Shown here: piece after piece, positions 28,540 through 36,557 of the stretch
Layout of the letters: the number at the start of each line of letters is the position of its first letter
Position numbering within the stretch: the first letter of the stretch is position 1
NCBI GenBank assembly: GCA_028707815.1
Contig: JAQWAE010000004.1
Coordinates: forward strand, 55,986 to 119,985
Source: Bacteroidales bacterium
Lineage (GTDB): Bacteria; Bacteroidota; Bacteroidia; Bacteroidales; BM520
Direction: 5' to 3'
Length of the DNA stretch: 64,000 nt
Translations under genes and position numbers: made by a program
The notes under the pieces: generated by a model
Database searches by the model: none
The model's input: the letters and a program-made list of their open reading frames with translations, nothing else
What the model was told of the DNA's origin: nothing

Positions 28540-28628
28540 GGTTTTTACACTTTTCAATATAATTTCACACTGCAAAATTACACTTTTCAATATAAAATCC
28601 AAACAAAAACATACATTTTTCAATATAT
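28501..28628 (-). repeat. Four direct repeats TTATATTGAAAAGTGTA (gene orientation) around the ATPase promoter and start
   Basis: Plus-strand copies lie at about 28501-28516, 28546-28562, 28579-28595 and 28611-28628. The two central 17-mers are identical and 33 nt apart. Confidence 0.7.
28573..28580 (-). promoter_or_regulatory. -7 box TAATTTTG for the ATPase gene
   Basis: The reverse complement of caaaatta. It lies between repeat copies, 34 nt upstream of ATG 28539. Confidence 0.45.
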
Positions 28629-28671
28629 TTTACGTTTTTGCAGATCTATCTTCTAAACGCCACACATTAAT

Positions 28672-28733
28672 ATCATACATAAAAGAGTAAAAGAAGAACT
28701 TTTTATTATATTTTCGCAATGCTAATGAATCTA
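28672..28733 (-). repeat. L-module repeat, reverse orientation (ends ...TGAATCTAC on the plus strand)
   Basis: atcatacataaaagagtaaaagaagaactttttattatattttcgcaatgctaatgaatctac aligns with the reverse complement of 23270-23342. Confidence 0.7.
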
Positions 28734-28766
28734 CCTATAATAACATTCAAAACTTAATATTATTAA

Positions 28767-28774
28767 GTAACTTT
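28767..28774 (+). promoter_or_regulatory. -7 box TAACTTTG for the CDP-alcohol transferase/TauE operon
   Basis: TAACTTTG lies 25 nt upstream of the ATG at 28800. Confidence 0.5.
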
Positions 28775-28799
28775 GCAGGCAATTTTTTAAATATTATCA

Positions 28800-29348
28800 A
28801 TGTCAAACAATGTCGTCAATATTCCAAACACTATCAGTATAATCAGGCTTATATTGTCACCTTGTTTATTACTAACAGCTCCATTATCACTGCCTTTTTT
28901 TATCCTCTACTCTATTATCGGCATTAGCGATGTAGCAGACGGCTTCATCGCAAGAAAATATAACCTTGTAACAAATTTAGGTGCCAAGTTAGATTCAATT
29001 GCCGATATTGTCTTTGTTGCTGTTTTCCTCATCATCTTTATTCCTATATTGAAATTCAAAATATGGATGTGGATTGTATGCGGCATAGTATTATTGCTAA
29101 AAATGACTTCAACAATAGTCGTTTTTGCCAAATATAAAAAGATAGCTTTCTTACATACAATAATGAATAAAATCTGCGGAATAGTTCTGTTTTTTGTCCC
29201 GTTTTTATTGCTGAAAATCGATTCAGAAACAGTAATTATTTCTATTTTTGCAGTTGCCTTGTTAGCAGCGACAGAAGAATTGATAATCAATATTTTATCT
29301 AAAAAATTAGATGTAAATATAAAGTTTTTGGTAAAAGTTTTTAATTAG
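28800..29348 (+). CDS. CDP-alcohol phosphatidyltransferase (PgsA-like size)
   Basis: Complete D-x2-DG-x2-AR-x8-G-x3-D-x3-D motif (DVADGFIARKYNLVTNLGAKLDSIAD). 182 aa, polytopic. Confidence 0.85.
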   Translation: MSNNVVNIPNTISIIRLILSPCLLLTAPLSLPFFILYSIIGISDVADGFIARKYNLVTNLGAKLDSIADIVFVAVFLIIFIPILKFKIWMWIVCGIVLLLKMTSTIVVFAKYKKIAFLHTIMNKICGIVLFFVPFLLLKIDSETVIISIFAVALLAATEELIINILSKKLDVNIKFLVKVFN

Positions 29349-29354
29349 AAAGAG

Positions 29355-30074
29355 ATGATGTGGTTAGTTCTCATAATAGTAGGTTTTATTGCCGGTGCGC
29401 TCTCCGGCAGTATAGGTTTTGGTGGCGGCATGATTTTGCTGCCGGTGATAACATATTTTTATGGTGTAGAAGTTGCCGTTCCGGTTTCTACAATTGCGCA
29501 GTTGATGAGTAACTTGTCGCGAATGGTTTTTGGTTGGAAGGAGATACAGTGGAAGAAAGCGGGCTGGTTTTTACTGACGGCGGCTCCGCTTACAGCTCTT
29601 GGTGCTGCAGGATTTGCCATAGCTCCGAAAATACCGATGACACGCATATTAGGAGTTGCACTTATCATCTTCGCCATTATCAAGCTCACAGGAAAAATAA
29701 AACTTCCGCAAGGCAAAGGCACTGTTCTGATTGGCGGCGGGATAACCGGCGTCATCAACGGACTGTTGGGCATCTCCGGACCTTTGAGCAGCGCAGTATT
29801 CATGACACTCGAACTTACACCTGTGGCTTATATAGCAACAGAAGCCACCGCCGCAGCTGCCATGCACATAGTGAAAATCATCGTCTATAACAAGTTGGCT
29901 CTGATGAACTTAAATGTTTTCCTTAACGGCTTCTATATCGGATTGGCGATGATAGCAGGCAACTTCTTAGCTAACAGATTTATACGTGTCGCAGACAAGA
30001 AAAAATACAAAAAGGTGATTGCAATATTTATGATTGCCGTATCATTATGGCTTGTGATACAGACATTTATGTAA
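29355..30074 (+). CDS. TauE/SafE-family anion (sulfite-type) exporter
   Basis: 239 aa with 7-8 TM segments. Glycine-rich N-terminus GSIGFGGGMILLPV. Confidence 0.8.
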   Translation: MMWLVLIIVGFIAGALSGSIGFGGGMILLPVITYFYGVEVAVPVSTIAQLMSNLSRMVFGWKEIQWKKAGWFLLTAAPLTALGAAGFAIAPKIPMTRILGVALIIFAIIKLTGKIKLPQGKGTVLIGGGITGVINGLLGISGPLSSAVFMTLELTPVAYIATEATAAAAMHIVKIIVYNKLALMNLNVFLNGFYIGLAMIAGNFLANRFIRVADKKKYKKVIAIFMIAVSLWLVIQTFM

Positions 30075-30078
30075 TTAG

Positions 30079-31212
30079 TTATTTTTTCTCTTTCACGTTC
30101 TTCACCGGATTAGCATAGATGCCAAGAAATATTTCGCACAGCTCATCATAATCACCAATCAGACGTTTTAAGCCATTCTCCATATAAGCGACAAATGCCG
30201 TCTTTTCATCCGGAGAGTAATAGTTTTTAAATTTCTCGCCGGCAGTTAACATGTCGTAAGCGATATAATTCGTTTTCCAGAGAGTGTAATTATCATAAAT
30301 TCTCTTATCTATTATTTGTCCAAGATGATGAAATTTTTCATTCTTGAGATAGGTATCGCATTCTTTGAGTTCGTCTTCGGTAATAGTGTTGGTAACTGCA
30401 AGATGTATTTGCCCTTTCGGTTGCATTATGCCATGTAAGATACTGTTAAGGTCTTCCCTTTCACTTTTAACATATTTCTGATACTTAGAGACAAAGAGTT
30501 CCTGCGTTTTCAAAAAAACGCAAGGCTCATATTCATAAGATACGGCTATAGGCGTAATATTCAGCTCGTTTAAATTATCTGCAAATGGCTTGTCGCTGCT
30601 GAGCGAGAACATTTTAAGCACGCCAAGTTCCGTTTTATCATCGCCGTCTTTTGTTCTGCCGTTGCGTTGTGCTATCCACGTAGACTGGTGCTTCTCTGTA
30701 ATGGCATAACGCATATAAGATGACACCTCGACCGAATTTCTATAGAAATCTTTAATGTTTCCGCCGCGCTCGATACGGAACATTTTATTCAGTTTACCAA
30801 TGTCAATAACAGTCTGACCCTTCATCAGATTGCTGCCGAAAGTAATTTCAGAAGTCTCGATTTCATTATCAAACAATAACACTTGCAAAATAGCGGCATC
30901 AAGAAGTATATCTCTATGATTACTCAGAAACATATATCTATGATCATTATTCAGCTTGTCAAATCCGGAAAATGTAAGTTTTTCAGATGTTTTAGAGATA
31001 ATGCCGTTAATAGCTTTGTGCATTATGTTCTCTTGAAAGTCGCGTACAGTTTTTATTGTCGAGAACATTTCTTTACATTTTTGCGGTGGCACGTCAGGAA
31101 ATACATATTTCACTATTTCATCAAAATACGAACTTTCAACAACGCGGGCGACAGCGGCAGGCACTTCATCGTCATTATATGGACGTATATTTTCAAATTT
31201 TTGTTGAGACAT
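30079..31212 (-). CDS. PlsC/LPLAT-superfamily acyltransferase (last gene of the pigment operon)
   Basis: 377 aa with acyltransferase-like blocks FLSNHRDILLDAA and QRNGRTKDG. Confidence 0.6.
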   Translation of the reverse strand: MSQQKFENIRPYNDDEVPAAVARVVESSYFDEIVKYVFPDVPPQKCKEMFSTIKTVRDFQENIMHKAINGIISKTSEKLTFSGFDKLNNDHRYMFLSNHRDILLDAAILQVLLFDNEIETSEITFGSNLMKGQTVIDIGKLNKMFRIERGGNIKDFYRNSVEVSSYMRYAITEKHQSTWIAQRNGRTKDGDDKTELGVLKMFSLSSDKPFADNLNELNITPIAVSYEYEPCVFLKTQELFVSKYQKYVKSEREDLNSILHGIMQPKGQIHLAVTNTITEDELKECDTYLKNEKFHHLGQIIDKRIYDNYTLWKTNYIAYDMLTAGEKFKNYYSPDEKTAFVAYMENGLKRLIGDYDELCEIFLGIYANPVKNVKEKK

Positions 31213-31217
31213 AATAA

Positions 31218-32513
31218 TTATCTTTTATCGATGAATTTGACAGGTTTTCTTTTACTTTCGGGGTATTGGATTTTTCTAATTTTATCGATGTCGTCAAACA
31301 CGATATCGGGTGCGACACGCAGTCTTGCTCTAAATCTATCTTTCAAATCTTTAATAAGTTCTTCTTTTTCATTTGCGACACTTCCGACAATTACAGTAAC
31401 TTCATCGGTACCTATATCATTAGATGAGACTTCGACAATATAATTTTCGACATAGTCGACATTATCGAGGACGTCGAAGATGCTTGCGGGGTATAGAGTA
31501 GTTCCTTTAAATTTAATCATCTGGTTTTTGCGTCCGATGATCGGGCTTATGCGCATAGTAGTTCTTCCGCAGGAGCAAGGTTCGTAATGGAAGCGGGCTA
31601 TGTCGCCGGTTTTGAAGCGTAGCAGCGGCATACCTTCAACGCCGAGAGTAGTTACAGTAAGCTCGCCGGCTTCGCCTTCCGGAACAGGATTATTGTCATC
31701 ATCAAGTAATTCACAAATAATAAGTTCAGGGTGATGATGTCCGCCGTGACCGGCTTCACATTCGCAGAAAGTGGTACTCATCTCCGTTGAGGCGTAAGTC
31801 GAATAAAGGTCGATATTCCACTTCTCTTTGATTTTTTTACCGAGAAGGTTAAGAGAGAAGTCGTCTTCGCGAAGGTTTTCGCCTATGCAGACAGCTTTTT
31901 TGATAGAAGAATTTTTATAGTCTATGCCATGTTCTTCGGCATATTTGATGATACGCAGGATAAAAGACGGCACGCAGATTATAGCTTGCGGTTGAATACG
32001 TTTTATGGTATCCCATTGCAGTTCGGGGATGCCGTTGCCGACACGGATTACACTGCCGCCCATCATTCTGATACCGAGAAAATAAGCAAGTCCCGCCATA
32101 AAACGCTTGTCGATGGTAGTCATAAGTTGATATATTTCACCTTGATAGCCGCCGGCACAGGTAAACGAGATAGCTTCGTTATAAGCAAGTCTGTCTAAAT
32201 CTTTATCTGTCATGGCGAAAGTGGTTGGGTCGCTCAGTGTTCCCGAAGTAGTGATATAATCTACTATTTTTGATTTCTCGACACAGAAAAAATCTTCGTT
32301 ATGCAGTTGCAAGTCTTCCTTAAGTGTAACAGGTATATACGACAAATCTTCGAGTGTTTTTATTTTTAGCGGGTCGATTTTTTCGCTCATAAACATCTGT
32401 TTATAGAAAGTCGATTTTTCATTCACATACGCCAACATTTTTTGGAGTTCATTTTCTTGAAACTTTTTAATAATATCTCTCGGCTGATATTCTATTTCGG
32501 GTTTAAAATTCAT
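31218..32513 (-). CDS. PaaK/F390-synthetase-like adenylate-forming aryl-acid CoA (or ACP) ligase
   Basis: 431 aa with TSGTLSDPTTF and YSTYASTEM. The C-terminal ...KRKPVKFIDKR is as in phenylacetate-CoA ligases. Confidence 0.75.
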   Translation of the reverse strand: MNFKPEIEYQPRDIIKKFQENELQKMLAYVNEKSTFYKQMFMSEKIDPLKIKTLEDLSYIPVTLKEDLQLHNEDFFCVEKSKIVDYITTSGTLSDPTTFAMTDKDLDRLAYNEAISFTCAGGYQGEIYQLMTTIDKRFMAGLAYFLGIRMMGGSVIRVGNGIPELQWDTIKRIQPQAIICVPSFILRIIKYAEEHGIDYKNSSIKKAVCIGENLREDDFSLNLLGKKIKEKWNIDLYSTYASTEMSTTFCECEAGHGGHHHPELIICELLDDDNNPVPEGEAGELTVTTLGVEGMPLLRFKTGDIARFHYEPCSCGRTTMRISPIIGRKNQMIKFKGTTLYPASIFDVLDNVDYVENYIVEVSSNDIGTDEVTVIVGSVANEKEELIKDLKDRFRARLRVAPDIVFDDIDKIRKIQYPESKRKPVKFIDKR

Positions 32514-32518
32514 GATTT

Positions 32519-33382
32519 TCAGTTAATTATAGATAATTCTTTAAGCCATTGTATAAATTCATATTTCCATTTTGCTGCTTCCGGTGCAATATTTTCGTTA
32601 AGTCCATATCCGTGTCCACCATTGTCATAAAGCAAAAAACGGTGCGGAACATTTTGTTTTGTCAGAGCTTTATCAAGTTGAATACTGTTTTGGTACATAA
32701 CGACAGGGTCGTCTTTAGCTGTTACCAAGAACGTAGGCGGCATATCTTCAGGGATTTGCATTTCCATTGATAGTTCATCTTGTTGAGCTTTAGTATATTT
32801 TTTTGTAAAGAGATTTTTGCGAGAGCGTTTATGGGCGATACTGTCCTGCATTGAGACGACCGGATAAATCGGGGCGATGAATGCCGGTTTAAGATTTACA
32901 GTTTGTTGTGGGCATACTTCTGCTATAAAATTCCGTGCATGAAATGCTCCCGCCATAATTACAAGATGCCCGCCGGCGGAGAAGCCTATCATTCCGACTT
33001 TTTCGGGGTCAACATTATAATTTTTAGCATTTTCTTTCACATACTGCAAAGCTCTTTGTGCATCTTGAATCATATCAGGATGATGATGTCCTTTAGAGCC
33101 GACTCTGTATTGAAGGACAAAAGCAGTGATACCCTGCGAATTAAGCCATTCGGCTGTTTGAGATCCCTCAACTTTGATTCTCAGCAGATGGTTATAACTT
33201 CCGCCCGGACAGACTATCACGCTCGCTTTTGTATTAAGGCTGTCCGGAGCCTGATATACATACAGCTTAGCATGCTGACATTTCATGCCTTCTACTTCTT
33301 TCCAAAGTGATACTTTTGCCGTTTGTCCCAAAGACGACAAGCAAACCGCTATCAGCAATAAAGTAAGGAAGATTCTACGCAT
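32519..33382 (-). CDS. Secreted alpha/beta-hydrolase (esterase/lipase type)
   Basis: Signal peptide MRRIFLTLLLIAVCLSSLGQ and nucleophile elbow GFSAGGH (GxSxG). Confidence 0.75.
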   Translation of the reverse strand: MRRIFLTLLLIAVCLSSLGQTAKVSLWKEVEGMKCQHAKLYVYQAPDSLNTKASVIVCPGGSYNHLLRIKVEGSQTAEWLNSQGITAFVLQYRVGSKGHHHPDMIQDAQRALQYVKENAKNYNVDPEKVGMIGFSAGGHLVIMAGAFHARNFIAEVCPQQTVNLKPAFIAPIYPVVSMQDSIAHKRSRKNLFTKKYTKAQQDELSMEMQIPEDMPPTFLVTAKDDPVVMYQNSIQLDKALTKQNVPHRFLLYDNGGHGYGLNENIAPEAAKWKYEFIQWLKELSIIN

Positions 33383-33386
33383 ATCA

Positions 33387-33758
33387 TTAAGATAACAAAG
33401 TTTTAACTTCTTCCTGAGAGAGTTGTTTATATTTAAGGTTGACAGGAAGACCGTTTTCTAATTCATAATCAACTTTAAATATTTCTTCATCATAGAAAGA
33501 CAGTTTGGAATTAGTATTTGGGTTACATTCCAAATAAACTATATTATTAATACTTAAGTTTTTAGCATCACAGATTTGTTTAATCAGGGAGCCGCCGGCG
33601 TAAGTGACGGAAGTACCCGGATTATCCTGATACAGTTCAGTAACGACAACAATTACTTTTTCGCCGGAGTTCAATATTTTCAGACCGCATTTAGAGGGCA
33701 TATCCCATTGACCGGCGAAGTCAAAAATTTCATCAAAATACTTATCATCGACTTTCAT
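33387..33758 (-). CDS. Hypothetical 123-aa cytoplasmic protein embedded in the pigment operon
   Basis: No signal peptide and no motif recognised. 4-nt gaps to both neighbours. Confidence 0.5.
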   Translation of the reverse strand: MKVDDKYFDEIFDFAGQWDMPSKCGLKILNSGEKVIVVVTELYQDNPGTSVTYAGGSLIKQICDAKNLSINNIVYLECNPNTNSKLSFYDEEIFKVDYELENGLPVNLKYKQLSQEEVKTLLS

Positions 33759-33762
33759 TTCA

Positions 33763-35043
33763 TCAAGCTTTATTAATATTTCTAACTACATCTTTTCCAA
33801 AACTTTTATTGGCGAGGGCGCGGTTTCTTGGGCGGAAAGTGCCGTCATTCATTTCTCTAAGCATCACTTTAGTAAACAATTTAAACATTTTTTCTTCCTG
33901 AGATTCATCTTGATAGAATGCTTTCCAAGCGTATTCATAAAGTTCCTGTAATCTTTCGGGTGATATATGTTTAGGCTGATACACCACTTGACCGGCGTTA
34001 TAATGGTTCCAGTCGTGGTCGAAAATTCTGCCTTGGCGCATCAAATCGTCATAAGCTTTAGTATGCGGGAATGGAGCGAGGATAGTAAACTCGGCGAGGT
34101 CTAAGTCGATTTTGAGCAAGAAGTCAATAAGGCGAAGTATGTCGTCTTCTGTCTGATTATCAAGACCAAAAAGGATAGTTCCTTCGACACCGATGCCATA
34201 GTCGTGGTATCTTTTCACTCTTTCTTTGATATAATCTGAGGTATCATAGACAGCCTGATAAACGTACCAAGCTCCGGCTTGAGCTGCGAGGTCGAGTACT
34301 TTCGGATTATCTTCGATGGTGTGGCTGATAAATTTCTTTTTAAAAGGTATCATAGCTTTAAAAAGTTCCATTTCCCACTCTGTATTTTGTGCCAAAGAAT
34401 TATCGACAACAAAAAGGCGGTTATTATCTATAGTAGCGAGTTCTTCGACTACTTTTTCTATGGGGCGTGGGCGGAAGTTACGACCGCCGAGATAAGATAC
34501 GGCGCAAGGATAGCAGCTGAATTTACAGCCCCGCGAAGCATGAAACAAGTCGACCATTTGCACACCTTTATGATTATACAGTTCACGTTTATACAGGTCA
34601 CGGCGAGCCGGTCCCACCAATTCTATAGGAGGCTGCTTTCCCATGTAATTATAAACCTTTTTCAGCTTATTATTTCTCCAGTCGTCAAGAAATTCCTCTG
34701 TACGACCTTCCGATTCGCCCAAAAAGATACTGTCGGCATGAAGCATTGTTTCTTCTGCATGAAGCATGGTAGAGATACCGCCGAACATTACTGTTTTTCC
34801 TTTTTTACGAAATTCATCGGCAATAGCCCAGCCTCTTTTAACCTGCGTTGTGAGCATCATAGAGATAAACACGATGTCGCAATCGTCATCAAAGCTCAAC
34901 TCTTCAACATTTTCATCTGTAAATGAGACCTCCACATAATCGGGCAACGAAGCGGCGAAGACTACGGGACCGTGAGGCGGCAGATTAAATGTAGTCTGTC
35001 CGGGTAATTTTTTCCACTTAGGATAAATTAATTTTGCTTTCAT
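33763..35043 (-). CDS. B12-binding-domain radical SAM enzyme
   Basis: 426 aa. N-terminal Rossmann-like B12-binding segment (DIVFISMMLTT...KTVMFGG) and CKFSCYPC (CxxxCxxC). Confidence 0.8.
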   Translation of the reverse strand: MKAKLIYPKWKKLPGQTTFNLPPHGPVVFAASLPDYVEVSFTDENVEELSFDDDCDIVFISMMLTTQVKRGWAIADEFRKKGKTVMFGGISTMLHAEETMLHADSIFLGESEGRTEEFLDDWRNNKLKKVYNYMGKQPPIELVGPARRDLYKRELYNHKGVQMVDLFHASRGCKFSCYPCAVSYLGGRNFRPRPIEKVVEELATIDNNRLFVVDNSLAQNTEWEMELFKAMIPFKKKFISHTIEDNPKVLDLAAQAGAWYVYQAVYDTSDYIKERVKRYHDYGIGVEGTILFGLDNQTEDDILRLIDFLLKIDLDLAEFTILAPFPHTKAYDDLMRQGRIFDHDWNHYNAGQVVYQPKHISPERLQELYEYAWKAFYQDESQEEKMFKLFTKVMLREMNDGTFRPRNRALANKSFGKDVVRNINKA

Positions 35044-35057
35044 ATTTTATTTTTTAT

Positions 35058-36557
35058 TTATTCATTATCTATTTCGTTAATTATTTCGTTCAAGCCCAGA
35101 AACTCGGCGCAAGTAATTGCAGCTCCGATAGTTACGCCTAAAATCCCATGTGAATTTATATTTTGTCCCGTCATAAAAAGATTTGGAATTTTTGTCCGTT
35201 GTGACACCAATGTTTGTGTCGGAAAATTTTTATCTCTGATAATACCATACATAGAGCCTTCGTGAGTTCCTGTATAATCGCGATACGTAAGAGGTGATGA
35301 TGTTTCATAACCTTCTATTGCGCTATTAATTCCGGGAAACGACTCTTCGAGTTTAGCAAGAAGCTGCTGTGCTTTCATCTCTTTAAAAGTCTTGTAATCT
35401 TCGCCGCGCCGTTCCACTTTAGTATTTACCCACTGCCGCACTTCATCAAATTTCATATAACCTATCAGCTCTGCACTTTGCGCATACTGTGGATTTTCTT
35501 TATGACATTGGTGCATGTACAGATAGCTCTGCGGGTATTTATTTACGTCATAATTATTTACATTCCACACATTTCCATCTTCATAAAAATAGTAGTTATA
35601 ATTTAGATACGGGGTCGTATTTTCTTTAAACTTAATATAGACAGTAAAATTTGAGATGGTATTTTCAAGTGCATTAATACGGTCACGGTATGCCTTACGT
35701 ATAAGGCGGGTATCTAACATAGTTAGCATTTTCTGCGGGTGTATATTAGACACAAAAGAATCGGCTTCAATACGCTCACCGTTAGCAAGTTGCACTGCGA
35801 CAGCTTTATTATCATCACAGATGATATTTGTTATTTCACAATCTGTATAGATTTCTCCGCCAAAAGAGCGGATAGATTTAGCGAGCGACTGTGCAATAGC
35901 ATCGCTGCCACCAACTATGCGATAAGCACTTTGGATATAAAAATTATTGATAAGCGCATGAATATATGTAGGTGTCTTACCTTTAACACCGGCATAAAGC
36001 GGCAGATTTCCGGCAAGGATATTTTGCAAAATCGGGTTAGAAGTCACGGATGCAATAAATTCATCAACACTTGTTTTTATATAATCGGCATCTATAAAGG
36101 TATGAGTATTGATTTTTCGCATATTATACAATGGCGATGAGGCGGCAATTTGTCTGACACGGCGGATATATTCTTCAATATCCTTATGATTTTCGGGGAA
36201 ACTCTCACTTAAAGTATTTATAAATGCCTCATAACCTGAAGCATAACGGTATTTTTGTCCTGCCAAAGAAATCACATCATATCCATCTGTATCCAGAGAA
36301 TGAACTTTTACATCATCTAAAACATTAATAAAATCAAACAATTTATGAAGAATTTGTCCTTCTTGAAGGCTGCCGATATAGTGCATACCGGTATCAAACT
36401 TTACTCCAAAGCGTTTAAATGTCTGGAGACAACCTCCTATCTGATGATTTTTCTCTAAGATGACAACCTTATAACCTTTTCGCGACAAGATATAACCGCA
36501 TATCAATCCGCCTAAGCCGGTACCTAAAATTGCTATTTCGTATCTATTATGCGCCAT
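35058..36557 (-). CDS. FAD-dependent oxidoreductase of the CrtI / phytoene-desaturase / retinol-saturase type
   Basis: GxGxxG block ILGTGLGGLICGYIL...EKNHQIGG. About 500 aa. ATG at 36557 is preferred to GTG at 36563. Confidence 0.8.
   Translation of the reverse strand: MAHNRYEIAILGTGLGGLICGYILSRKGYKVVILEKNHQIGGCLQTFKRFGVKFDTGMHYIGSLQEGQILHKLFDFINVLDDVKVHSLDTDGYDVISLAGQKYRYASGYEAFINTLSESFPENHKDIEEYIRRVRQIAASSPLYNMRKINTHTFIDADYIKTSVDEFIASVTSNPILQNILAGNLPLYAGVKGKTPTYIHALINNFYIQSAYRIVGGSDAIAQSLAKSIRSFGGEIYTDCEITNIICDDNKAVAVQLANGERIEADSFVSNIHPQKMLTMLDTRLIRKAYRDRINALENTISNFTVYIKFKENTTPYLNYNYYFYEDGNVWNVNNYDVNKYPQSYLYMHQCHKENPQYAQSAELIGYMKFDEVRQWVNTKVERRGEDYKTFKEMKAQQLLAKLEESFPGINSAIEGYETSSPLTYRDYTGTHEGSMYGIIRDKNFPTQTLVSQRTKIPNLFMTGQNINSHGILGVTIGAAITCAEFLGLNEIINEIDNE

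Noticed and set aside
28501-28628. Direct repeats considered as a mini CRISPR array.
   Set aside because: There are only four 17-nt copies with irregular 31-46 nt spacing. One is inside the CDS and one abuts the promoter, and there are no cas genes. They are better explained as operator or iteron-like sites.
35058-36557. The flavoprotein considered as the halogenase expected for chlorinated flexirubins or brominated xanthomonadins.
   Set aside because: The sequence follows the CrtI/amine-oxidase-type layout. I could not find the flavin-halogenase WxWxIP-type signature. A desaturase/saturase role is more likely, though unproven.
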